DNA of 64,000 bases. Origin: Hyaloraphidium curvatum SAG 235-1 (Eukaryota > Fungi > Monoblepharomycota). Position numbers and translations under genes: made by a program. The stretch spans positions 62,001-126,000 of the forward strand of contig JAIVFI010000042.1 in assembly GCA_025558095.1 (NCBI GenBank), read 5' to 3'. The stretch's first letter is position 1. Every line of letters starts with the position of its first letter. Of this stretch, positions 44,682 to 55,238 are shown piece after piece. The notes beneath the pieces are model-generated. The model made no database searches and was not told the DNA's origin. It saw only the letters and a program-made list of their open reading frames with translations.

Positions 44682-45440
44682 TCACAAGACCCCCCTCAGC
44701 TCGTCCACCTTGGCCGCCGCCGCCTCCCCCAGCTCCTCCGCCACCGGTTTGACCGACGCCCCGCATGTTCTGATCCTGGATATGATCTTCGGCTTGAACA
44801 CACCCCTCAGGATCGGCAGCACGATCGACGAGAAGACGAAGGGCTCGTCGACCGCCAGTATCCGCGAGATCTTCAGCGGCAGCGCGCCCACCACGCGGCC
44901 TTCGAACGACGTGACCTCTGCCAGCTTGATCGGGTGCGCGAGGAACGAGAAGGGGGAGAAGCCCCTGGCGAGCACCACCACGACGGCGCCGGCGGTCTGC
45001 GCCGCCGGGTCCCGCGTCAGCACGGAAAGGAAGCCGTGCAGCATGTGCAGCCGCAGGTCCGCGACCTCCGCCGTGCCGAGCTTCACCCTCCCCGGCCGCA
45101 CGACGGCCACGGGCCGCGAATCGCCCGGGGTGCGGTCCCACCCCGCCGCGACCGAGGAGTCGATCACCTCCCCCGCCCTTTGGAGCGCCGCGACGACCTC
45201 GGGCGACGTCCACCGCGGCGAGTCGATCCAGGGCGGGAGGCCGAACTCGGAGACCAGGCCGGCGTAGCGCCACGCCCTCGCCGCGGCGGAGGGCACGTCG
45301 CCGTCGCGGGCGAGGAGGAACAGGTCCAAAGCGGAGTTTGGGAGGTCCCCGACGACGGCCAGGCGGGCGGCGGCGTCGGACGGGGCGTCGGGCGCGGAGG
45401 CGAGCGCGCGGCACGCGGCGAGGACGGGGTGGTCCGGCAT
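44682..45440 (-). CDS. CRAL-TRIO/Sec14-like lipid-binding protein, intronless
   Basis: LFLLARDGDV..A, RPVAVVRPG, ALPLKISRILAVDEPFVF, FKPKIISRI. Confidence 0.72.
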   Translation of the reverse strand: MPDHPVLAACRALASAPDAPSDAAARLAVVGDLPNSALDLFLLARDGDVPSAAARAWRYAGLVSEFGLPPWIDSPRWTSPEVVAALQRAGEVIDSSVAAGWDRTPGDSRPVAVVRPGRVKLGTAEVADLRLHMLHGFLSVLTRDPAAQTAGAVVVVLARGFSPFSFLAHPIKLAEVTSFEGRVVGALPLKISRILAVDEPFVFSSIVLPILRGVFKPKIISRIRTCGASVKPVAEELGEAAAAKVDELRGVL

Positions 45441-45709
45441 GGCTTCGGCCTCCCGTGGGGCGGTTTCGGGTCGTGCCGATGAATCCCGAGGCAATGTAGA
45501 TAGAAAGCCCCGCGGCACGAGATGAGGGCGTTGAAGGCCTGCGGTAGAACGCTGCACGTTCGCGGCGCGCGGCGGGAAAATGGTCCTGACATCGCCCCAC
45601 CCGGGACGACAGCGGATATTCCGGACACGGGTATTCAGAGGCAGGCAAACAAAGATATCTATTGGTCGATTACTAGCATACTAGTTGCTTTGGGGTGGAT
45701 CCGCGGCCC

Positions 45710-46556
45710 TCATCGCCGCCTGGTGGTGGTCCGCCGCTTGGTGGTGCTTTTCCGGCGGGAGCTCGACCTCCGCCTCGTCGTGGTTCCCCGCCGAGACGTC
45801 GTCGCGCGCTTCCTCGAGGTGGTCTGGGGGAAGTACCGGTTCGGGGAGGAGGCTGGGGAGAGGAGACACCTATCAGCCTCCAAGTCCAGATCAGCATCGG
45901 GCAGGAGGGGAACCCACAGAGCGACGAGCAGGTGAGCAGGCTCGAGGCGTTGGTGATGTCGTCCGCGGCGCAGACCCTCGTCGACGTCTCGCAGAACCCG
46001 AGCATGCCCTGCCCCGGCCCCGGGTACAAGGCGACGATGGCCTGGTACACGTCACGCGGGGAGGGGCGTGGGGGGCAGGAGGAGCCCCAGTAGGAGAGCT
46101 GGAAGGCAGTGTGCGGCCCTAGAAAGGGGGAGATTATGTCAGGGGGCCAGTGATCGTGGATCAGTGTCGGGCAAGCTCACATGTGAAGAAGGCCGAGGGC
46201 ACCGAGCTCCCGAGGAACCAGCCGATGATCCCGTCGACGACGGGCAGCGCCGCCATCCCCGCCGGCCGGGCCTCGCACCAGATCTTCCTGCTCCCGCCGG
46301 TGTCGGTCCCGCCGCACTCGGCGGCCGCCATCGAGCCCATCGGCACGGCCGTGCCGTCGCGCTCGCACGAGTCGGAGAACTCGATGCGGGAAGTGAAGCC
46401 GGCGGCGGTCGACGGGGCGGGGCAGCCGGGGGTGGTCCACTCGAGGGACTTGACGAGGAAGCCGGCGGTGCGCGACGGGGCGGCGGAGGTGCGCGCGCAA
46501 AGGGCGAGGAGGGCGAGGGCGAGGAGCGCCGCGCGGGGGAGGGCGGGAGGTGCCAT
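45710..46556 (-). CDS. Small secreted Cys-rich protein with a Thr/Arg-rich basic C-terminal tail, 2 introns
   Basis: Signal peptide MAPPALPRAALLALALLALC. Predicted spliced tail TTSRKRATTSRRGTTTRRRSSSRRKSTTKRRTTTRRR. Confidence 0.6.
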
Positions 46557-46832
46557 CGCGAATGCCGGGGTTGTCTGCGGTTTCCTCGCTGATGCTGCCT
46601 TGGATTGAGCCGCGGCTCGTTGAAATAGTTCCCGCGGAAAGTTCGAGCGGTTGAATCGTCAGGCGGTTGCGGTTCGGAAAGATCCCTACCGCATCCACCT
46701 CGACGTCATAAAGCGGTCGGCGGCTAAAGCTGGACCGCAAGCCGCACACAGCCTGCGCAACAAATAGGAAAGCCAGGTTCCGAGTGAGAAGGGCCGCACA
46801 GCGAATCGTCTCCAATCCGACCCAGCAACGCC

Positions 46833-49581
46833 ATGGCTCGCCTCGCCGTCCTCTGCGCGCTGCTGTTTGCGCTGCTCGCGGCCCCCCTCCGCGCCCCGCA
46901 CTCGTCCGCGGTCGGCTTCCCGCTCGCGGCCGCCGCGGCGCTGCCTGCCGAGGCCCATCCCGCCGGGATTCGCTCCGGCGACCGCGATGCCCCCGACGCG
47001 CCCCGCCTCGACGCCCGCCAGCTCGTGCTCAAAAAGACGACGACCCGCCGCTTGCCCAAGAAGACCACAACCCGGAAGCGCCGAACGACGTCTCGCCGCC
47101 GCGCCTCCACCAAGCGCCCGCAAACAACCGCCCGCCCGGCTGCCCGCAACACCACGTCGTGGCTGCTGATCCAGGAAGACCTGCGCGCCGGCAGGCTCTC
47201 GCAGCCCGTGGCCGCGCTGTACCGCGCCTTTGCCGAGTTCGGCGACCCCCTCCTGCCGGCCAAGTACCGCGTGCCCGTCTCCTCGGTGCCCCGCGAGGAC
47301 GCGTCGACCCGCGATGCCCTGGTCGGCCTGCTGGCCGCGTACTCCCGCCTCTCGGCGGCGCAGCGCGCCCAGGCCGACCCGTACTTCATGCCGCCCATGC
47401 ACGGCCGCTCGTGGTGGCAGCGCAGGTTCGCGCCGGGGTCGGCCGGCGGCAGCAGGCCCTCGCGGCTGCGCGCGCGCTCGGACCACCACGGCCAGCCGGC
47501 CGGCACCGCCGCCGCGGGGCTTTCCAAGCGGCAGGCACCCACTGATCCTCTGGATCCCACGTTGATGCTGCGCGAGTGGGACTCGTGGGCCTCGCTGGAC
47601 GGCAACGCCCGGGTCTGGTATCAGGCAAGTGCCCTCCCGTGGTTCTGCTTGCAGCTTGTCGCTCATCCAGCATGCCTCAGGTCCGCTACGAGTCCACCGA
47701 CCGCGCCCTCGCCCTCCGGATGGCCAACGAGATCCCCCGCATCTGGGCCGCGCACCGCCGCCTCCTCGGCCGCGTTCCCAAGAACGACTTTGGCTCCCGC
47801 AACTCGGGCCGCGGCGGGGACGACCGCCTCGACATCGCCCTCGTCGACGCCAACTCGTACGTCCTCCCCTACGGCCGCTCCTGCACCAGCGACTCCCCCG
47901 CCTACGTGGGCTTCAACCGCGCCGCCCCAAGCTGGAAGGACGAGCTCGCGCACGAGCTCTTCCACGCGTTCCAGTACGCCTTCCGCGTCAGGACCAACTG
48001 CATCGCCATCGACTACGCCTGGCTGCAGGAGAGCACGGCGCAGTGGGCCATGGACTACGTGTACCCGCGGAATGCGGACCAGCACCGCGCCGCCAAGTTC
48101 TGGATGGACTCGCCGCACATGAGCCTGGACGACGAGTCGGCAGCGGGGACCGGCCGGCGATGTGGGTCTCTGCCGGATCACCGCTGCCTGCTGATCTCGA
48201 GCTGACCTTGTCCCTTGTCGCGGCAGACGGAGGGTATATCGTCTGGCACTACGCCGCCCAGGTCCTCCGCGACCCCTCGCGCATCCTCCACGTCTGGCTG
48301 CAGGCCGCCACCAAGGACCAGCTCCCCGCCGTCGACGCCGTCTTCCCCGGCGGCCTGCGCAAGCACTGGCCCCTGATTGCCCTGCACAGCTTCAACAAGG
48401 GCACCCTGAACCACCTCGCCGAGCGCGGCCTGGCCCGCGGGCCGGCGGTGTTTGGCGGGGGCACCGCGCCGATCGACCTCACCCTCGAAGGGGCCAACGT
48501 GTACGCCCCCGAGCTCCAGATCGACCTGCCCTACTTGTCGGCGACCTACGTGCACATGCGCGTCAACGACACGGCGCTGCGCGGGTTCACTTGGTACAAC
48601 TCGCACCGCTTCGCCCTCGACAGAAAGACCGTCGCGGTCAACGTCTTCGGCGCGCCGTACGACGCGCTGGTGTTCGAGGGCAGGGGCTACACTTCCCGCA
48701 CGAGGGGCGTGGCGATCTGGGCGGTGTGGCGGCTGCAGGGCAAAACGACGTGGGAGCGGCCCGAGGAGTGGACCGACGTGCCGTTCCGGCGGTTCTGCCT
48801 GGACAAGCGCGGGGAGCGGCTGGCCGAGATCGCGGTCGTCTACGCCAACTCGGAGTTTGCGGACAAGAGCTACCGCACGACCAAGCTCGGGTCGGTCGGG
48901 CCGACGGTGATCATGTCGGACATGTTCTGCCACGCCGCCAAGGGCACGTCCAAGGTCACCGCGACCTGGAACGGCGGCAGCTGGGTCGCCGACGCCTCTG
49001 CGCTCTCCTTCGAAACCACCCCGTCCGTCGGCAACGGCGGCTCGGGCACCGACTCGCTGTCGACGTACAAGACGCTCTACACCGAGGGCGTCTCGCAGCC
49101 CCCCGCCGACTGCAACATCACCATCCCCGGCACGCAGCAGATCGACTTTGGCGCCTGCCTGCCGTACATGATCGCCCCCACGAGGTTCTTCCCCGCCGCG
49201 GGGACCGTCGCCGTCGTCGCCAGCGGCACGACCAGCTGCGACCCCTCGCCGCCCGAGACGGCGATCTCCACCGCGGCAGGGACGTTCGCGGCCACCGACA
49301 ACGGGCTCACGTACCTGGACCTCCTCGACTCGTCGCTCTCGGGCCCCGCGCACAGGTCGTACGTCGGCTCCGCCCTGGACACCTCGGAGGGCTCGGTGGT
49401 GGTGCACAACGGGTGCACGGGGCTGGACGAGCCCACCGTGGGCGGGCCGTACCTGCTGACGGCCAGGTCCAACGGGCGGGCGCAGGCGCTGCAGGGGGAG
49501 GGGGGGAAGGGGGTGGAGGGGTCGACGCAGCTGACGGAGGGGAGCTTCGTGTGGAAGCTGCAGAGCGAGAGGGAGGCATAG
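46833..49581 (+). CDS. Secreted zinc metalloprotease (HExxH, bacterial DUF6055/MXAN_6640-like), 2 introns
   Basis: Signal peptide; GGDDRLDIALVD; ELAHELFHAFQY followed by WLQESTAQWAMDYVYP (third-ligand Glu); beta-rich C-terminus. Confidence 0.78.
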
Positions 49582-49786
49582 ACGGGGGGCGATCGCGGCG
49601 GTTGTGCGACACGCCCCAACCCGGATCGGCGCTCGGCGGGATGTGAAAAACAGATCGGTACATTCTATGTTTTTTCTCTCCGTAGCGTGACGATCTCCTG
49701 ATTCCGGGGTCGGTCGCAAGGCCCGCCAGCCCCGGCTCGAGAGCACCCTCGAAGGAACCGTGCGGGTGCCGCTATACGACACATCC

Positions 49787-51370
49787 ATGGAGATCCGCGG
49801 AACAGACGCCGCGTCGATCCCTCTGATCCCGCAGCAATTCCCCGGATCCTTCACGCCCACAGAATGGGCCGCCCTCTTCCCGGGCACCGCGGGCCCCATG
49901 AGTGACCTTGCCCCCCAACCGCAGCCACTCACGCGTGCAGCGCTCCTGCAAACCCTTCCAAACTCACTCGCCGCAGCCGCACGCGTGCAACTCTACCTCG
50001 GCCGACTGTACATCAACTTCATGGTCTTTCTCGTCGTCTTTGAGGCCGTGCCCATCACGGGGCTGCAGGGGACCGTGTTTGCGTTTGGAGCAGACCAGTT
50101 TCCGGCAAAGCAACGTGCCGTGGATGTTTCCATGGTCATCTTGTATCTCGTTGCCGTGCCGGTCATGTACTACCTGCTTGTCGTGTTTGCGACGGATCCT
50201 GCAAAGTTGATGTCGACCTCGGACTTGCAGTGGGGTCGCAGCAAGACACAGAGGGACCTTGCTGCCATTCAACTCGTTGAAAGTGTCTCGGGTGGGATTG
50301 AGACGGACCGAACGCCAACCGGCACCAAAGCCAAAGCAAGTACGGACCCGCAAAACGACCAAGAGCCAACCATGGACTCGTACGATCTTGCAGGTATTGC
50401 TCGCTACCTTCAGCTCGCCCGTACCGAGCCAGACTCTGCACTGCTGGCCCACGACGGCTCTGATTTATGCCCGTGCCCGGCTCGCTCCTGCGTCGGTGGA
50501 CTCATTCGTCACGCGGGGCCTTTACGGTTTCTCGAAATGATTGGAAGAGGGTCACTGGACAGCTCTTGCTGGTTCTTTATGGTTTACACGCCGCTGGTTT
50601 CGCTCGCGGCGCGCACCTGGACGACGCCCTGGTCAGCCTTCTTTGCAGCCATGGCTGTCGCATTGGGCCCTCTTCTTTACAGTTTCCCCACGTCTTTTTC
50701 GATTCCCAGCTTTGGTATTCCATCCATGGAGCTCACGAGACGCCTCTACGGGCGCGCCGTGGGCCTGTCGCTCGCGCACTTTCTCGAAAAGCGCGAGCAC
50801 GCCCTGGTCGCAGGCGAAACCATCACATCGACACAGGAACCTGTACATATCGCGCTCCACCGTCAGTTGGCAGTAGACTGGAACTCGCGCGCGAAAGTCC
50901 TCGGCCGCGGCAAGCTGTACCTCGGTACCCTTATTGCTCTGGACTTTGTGTGCGCGCTCGCATACATTGTCGCATCGGGATGCCTACCCGTATGGCTTAT
51001 TTGCTTTACTGCACTGCACCTCCTGGACGTTATCCGCGCCCTCTTTATCGCCGCGGCATCCAATGCCGCCGTTGTCGACGTCTCCCGTGAATACCTACTC
51101 TGCAAAACCCGGATCCAGGAGTTCCTTGCAACAGAGGATCCGACACAGCTACCGTCACCTGGATGCATGTCGCTGGCCGCCAACGAGAGGCTGCTGACTT
51201 CGTTTGCGGATGTGGACTTGTACCGCGGGTCGTTTGTTGGGGTTCGGGTGAGCTATGCGTCGGCAAGAGGGTTCCTGGCGGCGACGTTTACGGTGTTTGT
51301 GGGATTGTGGACGGTATTGCGGGGGTTTGGGATTCCGGTGACGGCCGACAGTGTTTGCCGCGGTCCATAA
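49787..51370 (+). CDS. Putative 7TM ion-channel (GRL-like) family paralog E, intronless
   Basis: EWAALFP, IARYLQL, HDGSDLCPCPARSC, LHRQLAVDW, ASGCLP, FVGVRVSYASAR..GLWTVLRG..SVC. Confidence 0.8.
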   Translation: MEIRGTDAASIPLIPQQFPGSFTPTEWAALFPGTAGPMSDLAPQPQPLTRAALLQTLPNSLAAAARVQLYLGRLYINFMVFLVVFEAVPITGLQGTVFAFGADQFPAKQRAVDVSMVILYLVAVPVMYYLLVVFATDPAKLMSTSDLQWGRSKTQRDLAAIQLVESVSGGIETDRTPTGTKAKASTDPQNDQEPTMDSYDLAGIARYLQLARTEPDSALLAHDGSDLCPCPARSCVGGLIRHAGPLRFLEMIGRGSLDSSCWFFMVYTPLVSLAARTWTTPWSAFFAAMAVALGPLLYSFPTSFSIPSFGIPSMELTRRLYGRAVGLSLAHFLEKREHALVAGETITSTQEPVHIALHRQLAVDWNSRAKVLGRGKLYLGTLIALDFVCALAYIVASGCLPVWLICFTALHLLDVIRALFIAAASNAAVVDVSREYLLCKTRIQEFLATEDPTQLPSPGCMSLAANERLLTSFADVDLYRGSFVGVRVSYASARGFLAATFTVFVGLWTVLRGFGIPVTADSVCRGP

Positions 51371-51697
51371 GCTAATCAAAGGTCTTTTCTGTCCAGACAA
51401 CATGCGCGAGGGCCCCGGTTTCGTTTCGAAGCTTCTTGGCGCGGCGGAGCGTGGCCGTCCTGGTGCCGTGTGCGGGGCTGTCGGTGCGACGAAAGAAAGG
51501 CGCCGCGATCCGGGTCGCCGTTGGAGTGGGTCGATAAGGGGATGTTTGTTTGAGCTCGTTGCCGACGAGACTTTCAATGCGGCTCAATAATGGGCCAACG
51601 AACGCCTGGCGAAGGAGGCGATACGGAAGTTGCGGAGCTTCGACAGTCATCCCTGTCGAGACGCCCGTCCCCAACCTTCGCTCACGAATCTCCCACA

Positions 51698-52969
51698 ATG
51701 AGCGGCACGGTGGAGCTGGTCCGCCTCTGCAGCAAGCTGCTCAAAGCCGGCCAGGACGATCGCGTGCTCCAGGAGCTCGCGGCGCCAGGCGGGCGGGCGC
51801 TCCTTTCGGCCACGCTCGAGGAGCGCGACGGAAAAGAGAGCGGGCGGACGCTGCTCCACATCGCCTGCGGACGGGACCGTGTCGTCGTCATTCGCAAGGC
51901 GCTGGACATGGGAGCTGATCCTTGCGCCCGCGACGGGGAAGGAGACACCCCACTGGCAGTCGCTGCGCGCTTCGCAAGGTCCATGGCTTTGGAGGAGATG
52001 CTCCTCGATCCACGCGTGGACGTCGACGCGGCCAACTTGGACGGGAACACGGCGCTACACCTCGCCGCGACCACGAACAAGCCCGAGGTCGCCAGGAAGC
52101 TCCTGGAGAAAGGCGCGGACCCGCACGTGCGGAACAAGGCTGGCTACACACCGTACCGCGCCGCCGTCGTAGACGCCCAGCGAGGGAGCAAGTACGTGAA
52201 GCGGGATTCGCCAATCCTCGGCTTCTTGGAGCGGGCCGAGAAGGAACGGCCTAGGAAGCGGCCCCGTTCGAGTTCGCCCGAGCCCGCCGGCCACGTTGGC
52301 CGCAAATCCGGAAATGGTCGTAGAGCGGCGCTGGAACAGCCAGAAATCGACCTCACCGGCTCCTGGCCTCCTCCGGACCTCCCTGAGACCCAGGAATCAC
52401 GGATCCTTTCGCAAGACTTCCAGATCCTCGCGCAGGAGCCGACCCCACGTCGCTTCTCGCGAGAACCTTTCGTTCCCGCGACCCAGCCTCCCGTTTCCCG
52501 GACGCCGAAGCAGGTGGGGGGTCTGGTTGGCAGCTCCAAAGACAGCATCGGTGGAAGCAAGGTGCCCGCCGCGAACCTCTTCGACCGGGCTGCCCACAAG
52601 TGCACCCACCCGTTCAACGCCATGGACGGCCACCACGTCCGCTCCAAGGGCGAGGTCCTGGTCGACAATGCTCTGCGCACCCTGGGCATCCTTCACGACT
52701 ACGAACCGGCGAGGAAGGTTAACAACGTCGGGGGTGGTTTGGCATCGATCCGGCCTGATTGGCACCTGCCTGGCTACGACGTCTATATCGAATACTGGGG
52801 CATGGACACACCGGAGTACGTGGACAGGAAGAACTGGAAGAAGACACTTTACGGCCTCAACGAGCTGAATGTGATCCACCTGACGGAGGAGGACACGATG
52901 AGCAGCGGGCTCGAGGAGAAGCTGTCGAAGAAGCTGGAGACGTACAGAAGGCGGAGCATTTTGGAGTAG
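51698..52969 (+). CDS. Ankyrin-repeat protein fused to a C-terminal PD-(D/E)xK-like nuclease domain, intronless
   Basis: ANK repeats GRTLLHIAC, GDTPLAVAA, GNTALHLAA, GYTP. C-terminal DGHHVRSKGEVLVDNAL..YEP..PDWHL..YIEYWG..Y..RK..K..Y. Confidence 0.8.
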   Translation: MSGTVELVRLCSKLLKAGQDDRVLQELAAPGGRALLSATLEERDGKESGRTLLHIACGRDRVVVIRKALDMGADPCARDGEGDTPLAVAARFARSMALEEMLLDPRVDVDAANLDGNTALHLAATTNKPEVARKLLEKGADPHVRNKAGYTPYRAAVVDAQRGSKYVKRDSPILGFLERAEKERPRKRPRSSSPEPAGHVGRKSGNGRRAALEQPEIDLTGSWPPPDLPETQESRILSQDFQILAQEPTPRRFSREPFVPATQPPVSRTPKQVGGLVGSSKDSIGGSKVPAANLFDRAAHKCTHPFNAMDGHHVRSKGEVLVDNALRTLGILHDYEPARKVNNVGGGLASIRPDWHLPGYDVYIEYWGMDTPEYVDRKNWKKTLYGLNELNVIHLTEEDTMSSGLEEKLSKKLETYRRRSILE

Positions 52970-53093
52970 CGGTTTGACCTACCATGTTTTGGGAGTATCT
53001 AGCGAATACATTTTCAGAGTGATGGCGTGAGTTGAAATCCACAAAACATGCTTTCCCCGTTTGACCATCCATCATGTAGCAGCTGGCCGCCAA

Positions 53094-55238
53094 CTAGCTG
53101 AGGTCCTTGCTCCTGGAGCTGTACTGCTCCGACTTCTTGCTGACGTATCCCGACGGGGTCGACAGCGCCGGAGTCACCATCGTGGACCTCTGCTCGGCGT
53201 TGCTCTTGGAGAAGGACTGCAGGTAGGCCCTCCCGCCCGAATCCAGAGAGCGATCCGAGGCCAGCTTCTCCAGCGACTTGTCAATGTCCTGGATGAGCGC
53301 CTCGAGGAAGCGGCGGACCTCGGGGTCGCCTGACGTGGGAGCCGACGAGGAACCCGCGGCCGGGGCCGGCCCGCAGAGGGCGAGCGCAGCCAGCACCTCG
53401 GCCTTGGCGCCTTTGAGGATCTCGCGGGCGCGGACGAGGTCGTGCTCCTCATCGGCGAGCCTGAGGGCGCGGGCCGTGGCGTCGGCGGCACCAATGCGCA
53501 TGCGGTGCTTGAGGACGTGGAGGTTGCGGGCCGGGCTCGGAGGCAGCTCGGCGACCCTCGAGACTTGAAGCGCGTCTGCGATGGCTTGCCCATCCGTGCT
53601 GGTGTCCAAGACGGTGAAGGATGCCCGAGCCTCGAGCACGGCTTTGATACCCGGAGCTCCTTCGGGCAGCTCCAGCTCCACCACGATCTGCCGCTCCTCC
53701 TCGTAGTAGACGTCGACAAATCTCACGGCCAGCGTTGCCGCCGAAGGCCTTTCGGCGGGGTACCCGCTGAGGACGCCGGCGATCCGGGCGCCGCCGACGG
53801 CCTCGATCTCGAGCTTGCATCCACGGACCGCGACGCCCTTGAGCGCTCCGACGGCCCCGGCGAACGCCTCGCGCATCACTTCAGCGACATCGACGTAGGA
53901 GAAGGATCCTCCGTGCGTGGCGAGGGAGGCGAGGCAGTTTGCATCGTGGTCCGATCCAATCCCGAAAGTGTACACGGGGCAGCCCAAGGTCTCGGCGCGG
54001 GACTTGAGGCCATCGTAGCCGGCGGAGCCGTGGTAGTACGAGTCCTGCCCGTCGGAAAGGAGGAGAACCGCGGCGGTCTTGTTCCTCGCCGTGCGGCCTT
54101 CGAGGATGGATAGCGCGAGGCCAAGGCCGGATGCGATGCTCGTGCCTCCGCTGGCCTCGATGTTACCGACCAGCTCTGAGATCCGCTGCACCCCGGTCGC
54201 CGTGAGCTTGGTGAGCTGGCAGAGCACCCTCGCGTTGTCGTTGAAGAGCACGATCGAAAGCCGGTCGCTCTCGGAGAGGGCCGAGGCGATGTGGAGGAGC
54301 GTGTCCCTCACGCGGAGGATCTTGTCGCCAGCCATGGAACCCGAGATGTCGACCACCACAACGAGGTCGGCCGGGTTGCGGTCTTCGTCCTCATTGGGGT
54401 CGGCGCTCGCGCGGAGCGAGACCATCGCGTTGACCTTGCAGGCCCCGGCGGGGACCGGGTCCGTCTCTGCGTCGATCTTGAGGGTGACGATGCGAGAGTA
54501 GTCGTAGGCGGCGGCGGCAGCCCGCGCAACCTGGTCAATGGGGTCGTCGCGGCTGGGGTCGGGCATCGCCGGTAGACTGTGGAAGCTCTGCGTGCGTGCG
54601 CGCCAGCCGCCCGGGCTGTAGTTTGCTGGCGCTCCAACCGGAGCCATGGCCATCGAGTTGGAGGTCGCCGGGGGCGGCAAGGACTGGTTGATCGTGCGAC
54701 TCGCCAGGTTGCGGGGAGGTCCGCTGATGACGTTGTGCAGGATGGCTGCAGAGGGCGCGTTGGGGCCGGGCGAAGGCCCGCTGATGTGCGCAGCGAGGGG
54801 GCGGCGGCAGGTGGGGCACGTGGCGCCGTGCTTGGCACGGAGGAGGCGCTCGAAGCACGAGACGTGGAGCTCGTGCCCGCATCCGGGGTTGATGATGGGG
54901 CGACCGCCCCGGCGCTCGAGGTCCAGCAGGCAGATGGCGCAGTTGTCGACCTCCGTAGCCCCACCAGCCGCGGGCGCATCAGCGGCAGGCCCGGCCAACG
55001 CATCCTGCGCAACCGGCACATCGAGCGTCACTTGCACGACCGGAACGGCAGGCGCTTCCGGCACAAGCGCTTCGGGAGCGTCGGACATGACCACGTCGCC
55101 GTCGCCGTCGGTCGAGGTCGCGGGACTTGCCGAGCGTGAGGCCAGCCGGGCGCTTGAGCGGCGGCCCGTCGGCGGCGTTGCTGCGCGAGGGGCTGCCAGC
55201 CGAGAGCCGGTCGCTTTCGCAGGGGTGTCCTTCGGCAT
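53094..55238 (-). CDS. RING-finger + vWA domain protein (WAV3-like E3 ubiquitin ligase architecture), intronless
   Basis: RING CAIC..CGHELHVSC..CPTCR; MIDAS DISGSM, GGTSIASGL, LLSDGQD, TFGIGSDHD. Confidence 0.88.
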   Translation of the reverse strand: MPKDTPAKATGSRLAAPRAATPPTGRRSSARLASRSASPATSTDGDGDVVMSDAPEALVPEAPAVPVVQVTLDVPVAQDALAGPAADAPAAGGATEVDNCAICLLDLERRGGRPIINPGCGHELHVSCFERLLRAKHGATCPTCRRPLAAHISGPSPGPNAPSAAILHNVISGPPRNLASRTINQSLPPPATSNSMAMAPVGAPANYSPGGWRARTQSFHSLPAMPDPSRDDPIDQVARAAAAAYDYSRIVTLKIDAETDPVPAGACKVNAMVSLRASADPNEDEDRNPADLVVVVDISGSMAGDKILRVRDTLLHIASALSESDRLSIVLFNDNARVLCQLTKLTATGVQRISELVGNIEASGGTSIASGLGLALSILEGRTARNKTAAVLLLSDGQDSYYHGSAGYDGLKSRAETLGCPVYTFGIGSDHDANCLASLATHGGSFSYVDVAEVMREAFAGAVGALKGVAVRGCKLEIEAVGGARIAGVLSGYPAERPSAATLAVRFVDVYYEEERQIVVELELPEGAPGIKAVLEARASFTVLDTSTDGQAIADALQVSRVAELPPSPARNLHVLKHRMRIGAADATARALRLADEEHDLVRAREILKGAKAEVLAALALCGPAPAAGSSSAPTSGDPEVRRFLEALIQDIDKSLEKLASDRSLDSGGRAYLQSFSKSNAEQRSTMVTPALSTPSGYVSKKSEQYSSRSKDLS

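Noticed and set aside
23372-51370. 7TM family interpreted as GPCRs or rhodopsins
   Set aside because: No signal peptide, no DRY/NPxxY motif and no retinal Lys in the last helix. The very short C-tail and C-terminal conservation fit the inverted 7TMIC layout better, pending structural confirmation.
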